In this document: positions 38,838 through 52,035 of the stretch, piece by piece | Position numbering within the stretch: the stretch's first letter is position 1 | Layout of the letters: every line of letters begins with the position of its first letter | Source: Malacoraja senta | Taxonomy: Eukaryota | NCBI GenBank assembly: GCA_038087875.1 | Contig: CM075988.1 | Span: 23,252,001 to 23,316,000 of the forward strand | Direction of reading: 5' to 3' | Length of the DNA: 64,000 nucleotides | The notes under the pieces: generated by a model | Database searches by the model: none | The model's input: only the letters and a program-made list of their open reading frames with translations | What the model was told of the DNA's origin: nothing | Translations under genes and position numbers: made by a program

Positions 38838-39410
38838 CATTTTGAGTCTATCTTCGGTGTAAACCAGCATCTGCAGGTCCATCCCACACATTTCACCTGC
38901 TTGGTAGGTGTTGTTCACGGGCAATGTAGGGTTAATTACTTTCTATGTGTTGCAGTTTGAACTCAGTTCAAAAATATTTTCCAATGATGTAATCAAATCT
39001 CACTATATATACACAAAATCTATTACTTTAAATCAACAAAAGGATAGAAATAAACAGAAAAATATTAAATATCATTCTTCTTTGTAGATGTCAAATTTAA
39101 CTGGAGTTGGCCAAGATGCTATCTGTAAATAACACATCTGCAAGTTATATATCAAATAGATCTATTTAAGTTGCCGCAGATTTGGACAAGAAGTTCTCGA
39201 CTGTTTCCCTTGTAATGTTGTTTAATGTAAAAACTAATTTGCAAGCTAATAGTGATGAGCATAGGGTGTTCATAATTATAGAACCCATATAACTTTGAAT
39301 GACGATTGCAATATTTTGTAGATTCAGTTCTATCCAATATCCAGGGAAAGTGGAACAATAGTTTAAAAACACAGAGGTTTAGGTTGGTTGATAAGTTTTT
39401 CAGTTTCAAA

Positions 39411-39728
39411 TAGGGTGGCATGGTAGAGCTCCTGCCTTATATAGCGCCAGAGACCCGGGTTCGATCCCGACTACGGGTGCTGTCTGTATGGAGTTTGTAC
39501 GTCTTCCCCGTGACCTGCGTGTGTTTTCTCTGAGATCTTCGGTTTCTTCCCACACTCCAAAGACAGGCAGGTTTGTAGGTTAATTGGCTTGGTATCAATG
39601 TAAAATTGATTGTCCCTGGTGTGTATTGCATAGTGTTAATGTGCGGAGATCGCTGGTAGGCTCGGACTCGGTGGGCCAAAGGGCCTGTTTCCGCGCTGTA
39701 TCTCTGAACTGAACTGGACTGAACTAAA
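39411..39728 (+). mobile_element. HE1-like SINE
   Basis: B box GGTTCGATCCC, body, (CTGAA/CTAAA) tail. Confidence 0.85.
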
Positions 39729-40014
39729 ATCAATCTTGCCCTTCATGTAAGTTTTAAAGGTTGGAACTAAGTGGATATGTAGTGTAGTTCTGGTGATGTA
39801 ATCTGCTTGTGTCCTGCATTCTAATCTTGGCTGCAGAGTGGAGGGGAATCAGATGTGTGTGCTGCGGAGAGGAGCCAGGTGCTTGATGTCTGGCTTGCAC
39901 AGCCATGATGACAGGCCTTTTGTCTTACACTTCAGGCCACAATGAATATCTTTTCATCCAAATTGCATTTGTCTGCCTTGCTTCTTATTTTTTTACTTTA
40001 AAGATACATCGTGG

Positions 40015-40787
40015 AAACATACAATCATAGGAAAATAGGTGCTGGGGTAGGCCATTCAGCCCTTCGAGCCAGCACCACCATTCAATATGATCGTGGCTGA
40101 TCATCTAAAATCAGTACCCCGTTCCAGCTTTTACCCATATCCCTTGATTCTGTTAGCCCTAACAGCTAAATCTAACTCTCTTTTGAAAACATCCAGTGAC
40201 TATGGCCTCCACTGCCTTCTGTTGCAGAGAATTCCACAGATTCACAATTCTCTGGGTGAAGAAGTTTTTCCTCATCTCAGTCCTAAATCGCCTTCCCCCT
40301 CATTCCTAAACTGTGACCCTGATTCTGGACTCCCCCAACATGAGGATCATTTTTCCTGCATCTAGCCTGTCCAATCCTTTAGGAATTTTATATGTTTCTA
40401 TAAGATCGTTGGTCCACTGGGGCAATTTACAGTGCCACTTAACCTACCATTTTGGATGAAGGAGGAAAATGGAAATCCACATGGTCTTAAGGCTTTAGTC
40501 TTTAGAAACACAGTGTGGAAACAGGCCCTTCGGCCCAACGAGTCTGGGCTGACCAATGATCACCCCATACACTAACACTATCTAAACACACTAGGGACAA
40601 TTTACAATTTTACCGAAGCCAATTAATCTGCAAACCTGCACGTCTGTGGAGTGTGGGAGGAAGCCAGAGAAAACCTACGCGGTCACATGGAGAACGTACA
40701 AACTCCGTACATACAGCGCCCGTAGTCAGGATCGAACCAGAGTCTCAGGCGCTGTGAGGCAGCAACTCTACCACTGCACCACCCCAT
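40015..40787 (-). mobile_element. CR1 3' end (40015-40407) and HE1-like SINE (40495-40787)
   Basis: Reverse-complement CR1 tail and SINE motifs. Confidence 0.8.
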
Positions 40788-42924
40788 GCTCTCGATTTGT
40801 CTACATATTCTCAAAAGCCAGAATTCCTGTTTGCATTCAATGTTATTTATTGATTTTCTTTACTTTATTTGCTTTGGAGATTTGCAATATTGACAAGCAG
40901 TACTTATTATTGCCTCTCCTTCTTGGTCTTGAACTATATATAAATAGAGCCACGCATTGATCAGGCTAGATCCTTACCGGACGAACGGTTTAAGCTGTGG
41001 GAGAGCGGGAATAGTGGGGATATTTGACCTTTCCTTTCCTCGAAAGTTGAAATTCTCTCGATTGCATTTCTAGATGTTGTGGTGGGTGCGGGTGCTCTGC
41101 AGCTTTCTACAGGGAATAGGGCTGGGACAGAGATCAAAGCCAAAGGGCCTGTTTCCATGCTGTATCTCTAAAGTAAAGTCTAAAGAATTGTTCTGCTCTT
41201 TAAAATCCGAAGTCTAAAGAGAGCACTGGGAGATATTGGCTGATTATTAATCTGTTTGTCTAAGTTCAAATTGTTACCCTCATCTAATGCGTTTGACTCC
41301 ATTGAAACGCAAAATAACGTGGATTTAAAAATGGTTGGCTGTGGAATATTTGCAACGGATTGCACTAGATATCAAGTATGGAACTGACGTCAGGACTTTT
41401 ACACTTCAAAGCTGCTTGAATTGGGTGTCAGGGGTTATGGGGAGAAGGCAGGAGAATGGGGTTGAGAGGGAAAGATAGATCAGCCATGATTGAACGGTGG
41501 AGTAGACTTGAAGGGCCGAATGGCCTAATTCTGCTCCATATGAACTTATGAATTCTTTCCCCAGCTCCCAGGCTGTCTGCTACATTCATTTTGTGCCTGT
41601 ACGCACCACAATTACACAGATAATGAGATGACACAGCCTGCACCATGTGTCTTACCCCTTCATTTCAGTCCCAGACTCCTGCTCCTTGGTCGTCAGGCCT
41701 GGTGGGAAGTCAGTAAGTTGGATGTCAAAGTCATGAGTGTGCTACTGATCCTGGCCAAAGGAGTCATTAACAAGTCCAGGTTACCTACTGGGAGTGATCA
41801 TTCTGCTTACTTACTTACCTGTCTTTCAGGCTCGTGCCCTTGTTCATATTGCCCTGGACAAGGAATAAACAATGTCGACAGATACACTTGGGATAATATC
41901 TTCAGTAAAGTAAATAGGAAGCAAAATGGGCTCATCGATGTACTATATGGGGCATCTGTGTGAAGTTATGTCCATGTGTTGTCGGAGCAGAATTAGGCCA
42001 TTCGGCCCATCAAGTCTACTCCGCCATTTAATCATAGCTGATCCTTATCAACCCCATTCTCCTGTCTTCTCCCCATAACCCCTGACAGCCATACTAATCA
42101 AGAATCTATCAATCTCCGCCTTAAAAATATCGATTGACTTGGCCTCCACAGCCTTCTGTGGCAATGAAGTCCACAGATTCACCAGCCTCTGACTTTCCTC
42201 CTCATCTCCTTTCCAAAGATACATCCTTTTATTTTGAGGCTATGTCACTGGAGACTCTCCCACGAGTGGAAACATCCTCTCCACATCCACTCTATCCCAG
42301 CCTTTCACTATTTGGTAAGTTTTAATGAGGTCCCCCCGAATTGGAAAGTTAAATGAGTAGTTGGATGGAGAGTCCATTACATGGAGGAGAAAATCTTGAT
42401 CACAACTTAAAGAGTTTGTTGTTGTAGTCTGATCAACTTGCGACTATTTACTTAAGAGACCCTGAGAAAGGGTCTCGACCCGAAACGTCACCCATTCCTT
42501 CTCTCCAGAGATGCTGCCTGTCCCGCTGAGTTACTCCAGCATTTCGTGTCTATCTTTGGTTTAAACCAGCATCTGCAGTTCCTTCCTACACATTTGCTTA
42601 TAATGTTGTTCAGTGTACTGACCGTCCATCAGTGAGAGGGACAGCAGTGAAGATAATGCATTACCTGGAGTAGGTGAAGCCATGCATTTAATGGGTCACG
42701 TAACTCCACAAGAGTTGTGTGTTGCGTCCCCCCTCTTTGCTGAGGATGCGAATCAGGCTGTTTGATCCATTTCCATCAATTTTGTAAAACTCTAGTGCCA
42801 CAATTGAGAGCTAATGGATTTCACTGAGTTCACTTCACAGGCATTAATATCAAATGCAAAAACCCATCATTGTTAAATACAAAGAGTGCAGCTGAAAGCA
42901 TTTGTGGAATATGGTTATTTGTTA

Positions 42925-43117
42925 TAACCATATAATAAATAGGAATTCTGTGCACAAAGAGTACGTTTAAATTAAACTTTTAGGTGCCCGCAAACTAAAG
43001 CAGCCTGGATATGTGTTGATGCATTTCCATTATCCAGGCTGCCTTAGTTTGCGGGCACCTAAAAGTTTAATTTAAACATACTCTTTGTGCACAGAATCCC
43101 TATTTATTATTTGGTTA
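42925..43117. repeat. Long inverted repeat (87-bp arms, 19-bp loop, 4 mismatches)
   Basis: 42925-43011 vs 43031-43117 compared base by base. Confidence 0.95.
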
Positions 43118-43428
43118 GCCAAAGCCTCTCACCCTCCCATCTTGTGGGTGTAGTTGACCAATCTATCACACTGGGAGAAAACCGGCATTGGGGTGGCACG
43201 GTCGTGCAGCGGTAGAGTTGCTGCCTTACAGCGCCAGAGACCCCAATGCGATCCTAACTACGGGTGCCGTCTGTGTGGAGTCTGTCAGTTCTCCTCGTAA
43301 CTACGTGGGTTTTCCCCGGGTGCTCCGGTTTCCTCCCACACTCCAAAGACATACAGGTTTGTAGATTAATTGATGTCGGTAAAGATTGTAAATTGTCCCG
43401 AGGGCGTGGGAGAGAGCTAGAATATGGG

Positions 43429-44050
43429 CAGGGCCGGATTTACATATAAGCTTCACAAGCTTAAGCTTCGGGCCTCGAGATCTAGGGGGGCCTTGGCAGG
43501 GCCGGATTTACCTATAGGCTTCATAGGCTGAAGGCAGCCCAGGGCCTCAAAATCGAGGGGGCCTCCGGCCAAGGGTTTTTTTTCCCAGAGTAAAACAAAT
43601 CCAGAGGAAAAAAAAATTGGAGCGCTATCAGCGTTTCCACTTTGACGGAAATTACCTGAAATACTCCAAAATAAGGCTCAGAATGCACCAGAGAACATCT
43701 AAAACCCCAGAGCTTCCAGGGCCCTCAAGCTGGCCCTGGACCCCAGCCGCAAGGGTCTTTGAGCTTCGCGCTTGTGATATGCGCTGCGTGCACTTATTTC
43801 ACATAACATTTTTGTAATCCTGCCATGCCACCCCCCTTTTTGAAAAGCTTCGTACGGGCCTGGTGTATAATATTTTTGACACTGTCATAGGCCTTTCTTA
43901 CATATGCTGTCACAACGCACTGCGGTCTCCAAACAACACTTCAGTAATTTTCCTTGCCCTCCATCTTCCTCTCATCGTGGGGGTGGGGGGTTGGGAGGGG
44001 CCTCACAAGTGGAATAGCCTAGGGCCCTTCTTCATCTAAATCCGGCCCTA
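43429..44050. mobile_element. hAT-like non-autonomous DNA transposon inserted in an HE1-like SINE (43190-44160)
   Basis: TIR CAGGGCCGGATTTA / TAAATCCGGCCCT; imperfect 8-bp TSD AATATGGG / AGCATGGG; SINE resumes after it; second TIR copy at 43497. Confidence 0.7.
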
Positions 44051-45856
44051 AGCATGGGGGTGATCACTGGTCGGCGCAGACTCGGTGGGCCGAAGGGCCT
44101 GTTTCCCCGCTATATCTCTATACTAAACTAAACTAAGCTAAGCTAAGCTAAACTAAACACACCAGTGAGCAAGGAAACAAGGCAATGCTGGAAACTGGAG
44201 CAAGACATAAAACAAACTGCTGGAGAAACACAGCCGTGCAGGGGGCATCTGTGGATGTGCATGGATGTACGCTCTCCCTGTGATCTGCGTGGGTTTTCTC
44301 CGAGAGCTTTGGTTTCCTCCCACACTCCAAAGACGTACGGGTTTGTAGGTTAATTGGCCTGGTATACATGTAAAACGTCCCTAGTGTGCGTAGGATAGTG
44401 TTAGTGTGCGGGGATCGCTGGTCGGCGCGGACTCAGTGGGCCGAAGGACCTGTTTCCGCACTGTATCTCTAAACTAAACTAAACCACAATGCTTTACGGA
44501 CATTCAGATAAGTGTTATAATGTATTAACTCTTGCAGAGTGAAAAAAAAAACAGCAGTCGACTTTTGCACATTAACCTCAGACAGACATTGAGATATTGA
44601 ACAGATAACGTTTCGCCAGTATTCAGTTGATCATTAGTTAAATTTAACATGCTACCACTACTTTCCTGATACCACCTTCAGCAGCATTAAATTACAACCC
44701 CTGTCGGCTAGACATCAATTATTGAGGATTTTACACCGTTTAGACCAATTACATGTTTTAATGAACAAATTAGCAGAATGTGTGTGTGTGATGTGCTGCA
44801 ATTTGTACAGCATCCTCGTTGGGAAATCTAAACTGGACCAGTGAAGCATGTGCCACTGAGAACGACACTTCATTATATACAGAAATACTGTATAGGTTCA
44901 AACTTTTCCTTTTAGCTTTGCATCTATTTCTGTATTTACACATCTTCCTGCTCCATTGCTGCCTTACAGGGCCGGAGACCCGGGTTCAATCCTGACTACT
45001 ACGGATGAGTCATAGTCTGTACGGAGTTTGTACGTTCTCCCCGTGAACGAACGTGGGTTTTCTCCGGGTGCTCCGGTTTCCTCCCACACTCCAAAGACGT
45101 ACAGGTTTGTAGGTTAATTGGCTTGGTATAATTGTGAATTGTCCTTAGTGTGCATAGGATAGTGTTAGACAATAGACAATAGGTGCAGGAGTAGGCCATT
45201 CAGCCCTTCGAGCCAGCACCACCATTCAATGTGATCATGGCTGATCATCCCCAATCAGTACCCCGTTCCTGCCTTCTCCCCATATCCCCTGACTCCGCTA
45301 TCTTTAAGAGCCCTATCTAGCTCTCTCTTCAAAATATCCAGAGAACCGGCCTCCACCGCCCTCTGAGGCAGAGAATTCCACAGACTCACAAGTCTCTGCG
45401 TGAAAAAGTGTTTCCTCATCTCCGTTCTAACAGCTCCAGAGACCCGGGCTTGATCCTGACTACGGGTGCAGAGTTTGCACGTTCTCTGAGGCAGAGAATT
45501 CCACAGAGAATTCCACAGACTCACCACTCTCTGTGAGAAAAAGTGTTTCCTCGACTCCGTTCTAAATGGCTTACTCCTTATTCTTAATCTGTGGCCCCTG
45601 GTTCTGGGGCCAGAGTTTAAACTACCTCCTCCGGCAGCTTGTTCCACACACCCACCACCCTTTGTATGAAAAAGTTACCCCTCAGATTTCTAGTAAATCT
45701 TTTCCCCTTTACCTTAAACCTACGTCCTCTGGTCCTCGATGCACCTTCTCAGTGTTTCATCCAGTGACATGTGTAGGAAGAAACTGCAGATGCTGGTTTA
45801 CACTGAAGATATTCGACACATAATGCTGGAGTCATTCTGCCTGTCCCGCTGAGTTA

Positions 45857-46156
45857 AAGCCCTGTCGCACGGTACTGAGTTAAAGCCCTGTCCCAAACTC
45901 GTGGTAAGCATGGAGAATGAACGTAGCGGGTACGTCGTAGGTCGTGGACGTCTCTTAGCGCTAACGGCAGGTACTCGGGAAGACTCGCTAACGGCAGGTA
46001 AGCACGGGAAGACTCGTGAAGATTTTTCAACATGATGAAAAATGTCCACGAGGGCCCCGAGTACCGACGAGTGGCCATTACCGTAAATCTCCGAGTTCGA
46101 AACAGGGCAAACTCGGGAGAACTCTTGTAATGAACTTGTACCGTGGGACAAGGGTT
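45857..46156. mobile_element. Harbinger-like MITE inserted in PLE terminus
   Basis: GCTGAG-TTA[MITE]TTA-CTCCAGC; left end rearranged/duplicated. Confidence 0.8.
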
Positions 46157-47536
46157 TTACTCCAGCATTTTGTGTCTATCTTCTTTGTCACTGCGTTCGC
46201 CTGGTCATCGTCAGTCATTCGGTGAGGCTGATTCTAAAGACCAGGTGTTCCTTCTCCGCAGAGATGCTGCCTGTCCCGCTGAGTTGCTCCAGCATTGTGT
46301 GTCTTATTCTGCTGGCAGCAGGTCCCGGCACAAGAGCAGTAACACCAGGAAGCTCCCAATCTGGCGAGCTATTCATCACACCCCAGTCATTTACAGACCC
46401 CTCCACCTCTCGCTGTCAGCACCGTCCAGGGTACCATTAATTAGCAACGCCCCAGACTACTCCTGACCACATGATGGATAACCCCCTTGCTAATTTGCTT
46501 ATAACATTCAACATTAATTCCAGCATCTGCAGTTCCTTGTGTCTCAACATTAATTGCCAGGGGAAGCGGAGGCTGGGTTTGAACTTATTTTACATCTCTG
46601 CTTAGGGGGGGGGTGGATTCTTGCCGCTGACTATTTTTTTGTCCCACATGTTAATATCACCAGACGAAATGTGTAGGGAGGAACCGCAGATGCTGGTTTA
46701 AACCGCACATAGACCCAAAAAGCTGGAGTAACTCAGCGGGACAGACAGCATCTCTGGAGAACAGGAATGGGTGACGTTTCTAGTCGAGACCCTTCTTCAG
46801 AGTGAGAGTCAGGGGAAAGGGAAACGAGAGATATAGACGGTGATATATAGAGATATAGAAGAACTGAATGAAAGATATGCAAAAAAAAGTTACGATGATA
46901 AAGGAAACGGGCCTTAGCTGTGGGCTAGGTGAGAACAAGTTACAGACAATTGACACAAAGTGCTGGAGTAACTCAGCGGGACAGGCAGTATCTCTGGATA
47001 GGTCGATCCGAAACGTCACCCATTCCTTCTCTCCAGAGTTGCTGCCTGTCCCGCTGAGTTACTCCAGCATTTTGTGTCTATCTTGGCTGGAAACCAGCAT
47101 CAGTAGTTCCTCCCGACAGACAATAGAACTCACCAGAACAACAGTGAAACTAGTACAACGACTGGGAACTGTTCAGTTGTCACCGCCCACGGACTACAGT
47201 TCCCGCTCCCCTCTGTAAGGGGATAGTATCAGTCGCTGCTCCACCTCCCCTTCCAAGATATAGATGCCTGCTCTGGCCACGTTAATACATGGCAGCTGCT
47301 TGCCCGTCTAACACGGGCGAGTGCAGTGAGCATCGCCACGTTAATCAGAAGACAGACACAAAATGCTGGAGTAACTCAGCGGGACAGGCAGCATCTCTGG
47401 AGAGAAGGAATGGGTGACATTTCTGGTCGAAACCCTTCATTAGACTGAGAGTCAGGGGAAAGGGAAACGAGAGATATAGACGATGATTTAGAGAGATATA
47501 GAACAAATGAATGAAAGATATGCAAAAAAATAATAA

Positions 47537-47868
47537 TAGCCCTGTCCCACGGTACGAGTTCATTCCAAGAGCTCTCTCTCGAGTTTTTAAAAAATCAAAC
47601 TCGTGGTAAGCACGGAGAATGAACGTAGCGGGTACGTCGGAGCTCGGGGACGTCTCTTAGCGGCTCGTAATGCTAACGGCAGGTACTCGGGAAGACTCGC
47701 TAACGGCAGGTAAGCTCGGGAAGACTCGTGAAGATTTTTCAACATGTTGAAAAATGTCCACGAGAGCCCCGAGTACCGACAAGTGGCCATTACCGTAAAT
47801 CTCAGAGTTCGAATCAGGGCAAACCCGGGAGAACTCTTGGAATGAACTCGTACCGTGGGACAGGGGAT
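47537..47868. mobile_element. Harbinger-like MITE inserted in minus-strand PLE 3' UTR
   Basis: TAA TSD; empty-site equivalent at ~46880-46900. Confidence 0.85.
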
Positions 47869-49426
47869 TAACGATGATAAAAGAAACGGGCCATTGTTAG
47901 CTGCGGCCTAGGTGGAGAAGGGTCTCGACCAGAAACTTCACTTAATCCTTCTCTCCAGATTTGCTGCCTGTCCCGCTGAGTTACTGCAGCTTTTTGTGTG
48001 TGTCTTCGGTTTAAACCAGCATCTGCAGTTGTTTCCTACACAGCGCATTAATCTGCCGGCTGGGGTCGGGCTCTCAGCACCTCGGGGACACAGCGGGACT
48101 GTCATTACTAGCCGAGGCACAGCTGAACCTGACGCGGACAGATTGCACCCACTCTAGTCTCCACTTTACCCTCTCCTGCTGCACCCAGGCACAATCTCCA
48201 GATGCTGCCTCGCTAACAACACACGGGGGAAAGTAAATTCACAAGCCACAGGAGCAGAAATAGGCCAACATTTGATCTACCAAAGGTTGCATTTCAAACT
48301 TTGTAATTACCAATTCACCACAACATCGCTTCACAAATTTAAAAATTGTAGGGACAGAATTAGGCCATTCGGCCCATCTAGTCTATACCGTCATTCAATC
48401 ATGGCTGATCTATCTTTCCCTCTCAACCGCATTCTCCTGCCTTCTCCCCGTAACCCCTGACACCCGTACTGATCAAGAATCTATCAATGCTAACTACAGG
48501 TGCTATCCGTACGGAATTTGTTCATTCTCCACATCACCACGTGGGTTTTCTCCAGGTGCTCTGGTTTCCTCCCACACCCCAAAGACATACAGGTTTGGTA
48601 AAAATTGTAAATTGTCCCTAGTGTGTGTAGGATAGTGCTAATGTGTGGGGAACGCTGGTCGGGGCGGACTCGATGGGCCAAAGGGCCTGCTTCCGCACTG
48701 TGTCTCCAAACTAAACTAAACTAAACTCAACTTTGAAGTGGAGGTCATAATCTTTGCATCTGTGAAGCAGGATATAGGAGGCACTGGTGCTGAGACCTCT
48801 ACATCTGATACTTTTCCGAAGATAGACACAAAAAGCTGGAGTAATTCAGCAGGTCAGGCAGCATCTCTGAAGAAAAGGAATAGGTGACGTTTCGGTTCGA
48901 GATCCTTCTTTCTCCCGAGATGCTGCCTGAGTTCCTCCAGCTATTTGTGTCTATCTTCGGTTTAAACCAGCATCTGCAGTTCCTTCCTGTACATTTCGTC
49001 TGATACCTTTCCTTTCCTTTCTGTAGGTGAGCCCTTGGCAGGGGCACAGACAGTTTGTGTTAGGCTGATGAGGGCAGGAGATACACCAGAAGAATGGAAC
49101 CTGCTCTAGGATGCTTCTGAACCCGAGTCAAATGACAACCATCAAATGAGGCTGAGCATAAAATGAGTGTGGAAACGCACACCTCCAGATTCAGGGACAG
49201 TTTCTTCCCAGCTGTTATCAGGCATTGAATCGTCCTACCACAACTCGAGAGCAGTGCTGAACTACTATCTACCTCATTGGTGACCCTCGGACTATCCTAG
49301 ATCTGACTTTACTGGCTTTACCTTCCACTAAACGTTATTCCCTTATCATGTATCTATACACTGTAAATGGCTCGATTGGAATCATGTTTTGTCTTTCCGC
49401 TGACTGGTTAGCATGCAACAAAGACT

Positions 49427-49735
49427 TTTAGTTTAGTTTAGTTCAGTTTAGAGATACAGCCCACCGAGCAGCGATCCCCGCACATTAACACTATCCTACA
49501 CACACTAGGGACAATTTACACTTATACCAAGCCTATTAACCTACAAACCTGTACATTTTTGGAGTGTGGGAGGAAACGGAAGCGATCTCGGAGTAAACCC
49601 ACGCAGGTCACAGTGAGAACGTACATACTGCGTACAGACAGCACCCGTAGTCGGGATGGAACCCGGGTCTCCGGGTCTCCGGCGCTGCAAGCGCTGTAAG
49701 GCAGCAACTCTACCGTTGCCCCCACCATGCCGCAT
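49427..49735 (-). mobile_element. HE1-like SINE nested in a Rex1-like 3' UTR (49175-49780)
   Basis: Reverse-complement SINE motifs; flanks continue ...GCAACAAAAGAC / ...GGTACATGCGACAATAAAC. Confidence 0.75.
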
Positions 49736-49886
49736 TTTGACCATTCCTTGGTACATGCGACAATAAACTAAACTAAACTAAGGCTGATAGATTATTGGTA
49801 AGGAAATTGTTATAGGATCACAGAATTATCGTGTCCGAAAAAGAAGTAATTCAACTCATGGGCGCAGTGGTAGAGTTGTTGCCTTA

Positions 49887-50094
49887 AGGGCATGTCCCAC
49901 TTGGGCATCATTTGCACGTCATTTACGCGACATAATTTACGCGTCATGACGCGCGCGTCGTGATGCGCGCATGGTGCGTGGTGACGTAGGCAGTGACGCG
50001 CGGTTGCAAACGGCGCCCCAGGATTTTGGGATGTACAAAATCTTTGTGCGCCATCTGCATGACGTGGAAATGATGCCCAAGTGGAACAGGCCCT
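49887..50094. mobile_element. Harbinger-like MITE (second family) inserted in HE1-like SINE head
   Basis: TIR AGGGCATGTCCCACTTGGGCATCATTT / AAATGATGCCCAAGTGGAACAGGCCCT; TTA TSD. Confidence 0.85.
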
Positions 50095-51261
50095 TTACAG
50101 AGCTTATAGCGCTGGAGACCCGGGTTATGGGAAGAAGGCAGGAGAATGGGGTTGAAAGGGAAAGATAGATCAGCCATAATTGAAGGGTGGAGTAGACTTG
50201 ATAGGCCGAATGGCCTGATTCTGCTCCTAGAACTTATGAATTATTTCGATCCAAACTACGGGTGCTGTCTGTACGGAGTTTGGAAGTTCTCCCCATGACC
50301 GCATGGGCTTTCGCCAAGATCTTCGGTTTCCACCCACACTCCAAAGACGTATAGGTATGTAGGTAAATCTGCTTGGTGTGAAGTGTAAAATTGTCCCTGG
50401 TGTGTGTAGGATCGTGTTAATGTGCGGGGATCGCTGGTCGGTGCGGACTCGGTGGGCTGAAGGGGTCTGTTTCCGCGCTGTATCTCTAAAACAAAAAAAT
50501 CAGGTTTAGTAGAGAATTCTCCTGAATCCCATGCCAGTCTCTATCCCCATGGTCATAGGGACATAGAATGAATGAATGAATGAATGAATGAATGAATGCT
50601 CTTTTGTCACATGTGACAAGTCACAGTGAAATTCTTTGCTTGCATACTCAAGGTATACAAATAGTCGCCATTAAAGGGCGCTTACAGTTACAATATACCC
50701 TTGGGTCAGGTCCCCCTTTGTTCTCCCCAGGCCAGGTCCTTCACTGTCCATTGTTCTACCCCCTCCCTCACGGCTGGTCCCCCCACGCCGGCTCGGCCTT
50801 TGTTCCTTCCCCCGGCAGCGGCGTCCTCACTTCATACAGTGTGGAAACTCGCCCTTCAGCCAGACTTGCCCACACCTACCAACATGCCCCATCTACACCA
50901 GTTCCACCTGCCAGCGCTTGGTAAATATCCGTCTAAACCTATCCGATCCATGTACCTGTCATAATGTTAAACGCTGCCATAGTACCTGCCTCAACCACCT
51001 CCTCTGGCAGCTTGTTCCATACACCTTTGTGGAAAAAAGTTACCCCTACTTTCATTCTCTACAAATAATTCTCTCAAGTACAATCCACACAGTAATGAAA
51101 CAGGATAATGATCAATTTTAATTGCATCACGGATCTAACTGGCTTACTGCTGTTTTTTTCTACCCCTGAATTTCCTCCAATCTGACATTATTCTCCTCCT
51201 AGTCAAAGTGGCAAGACTGATACTAGTAGCTGTTCGGAACAGGAGAATAGTCCGCAGAGAT

Positions 51262-51570
51262 AGGGCGGCATGGTGCTGCAGCGGTAGAGTTGCTGCCTTA
51301 CAGCTCCAGAGACCCAGGTTCAATCCTGACTATGGGTGCTGTCTGTGTGGAGTTTGTACGCTCTTCCTGTGACCTGCATGGGTGTTTTCCGAGATCTTGG
51401 ATTTCCTCCCACACTCCAAAGGAGTGTAAGTTAATTAGCTTGGTATAAATGTAAATTGTCCCTCGTGTATGTTTACAAGCGTTAATGTGCAGGTATCGCT
51501 GGTCAGAGCGGACTCGGTGGGCCGAAGGGCATGTTCCCGCGTTGTAGCTCCAAACTAATTAACTAAACTA
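51262..51570 (+). mobile_element. HE1-like SINE
   Basis: A/B boxes, body, CTAAA tail. Confidence 0.85.
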
Positions 51571-52035
51571 AAGATCAGCCAATTATCGGTGTTATCTCAT
51601 GTCCTGAGCTCAGTGACAAAGTGCATTGATAATCCAACATGCTGCTGTACTGTGACACAATCAGCCAGCTGCAACTTCAGGATTTATGCTTCATAGTCAA
51701 AGACCAAGATCTTGCCATACGACTCGAGGGATCTTAGTTTTTTCCCTGCTAGCTGAATTGTTTTTAAATTCTGGAAAGCCTAAAATGGAATAAACTGTCT
51801 GAAAGTGGTTATTGTTTTAGGATATGCAAGTTAATCCTGAAATGGATATGGATCCAATGTCAGAGAGCTACATGCCAGCGAATGCATTTCCGAAAGTGAG
51901 ATTCCATTCAATGCTGTGTGTATTACCAATGAATAATTGATTTTTCACACCACAGTCACAAATATGAATCTCTTTGGTTGGGTAGACAGTGAAGGGTCTT
52001 GTTTACACAGGGCACTGCACATGCCGATCATTATA

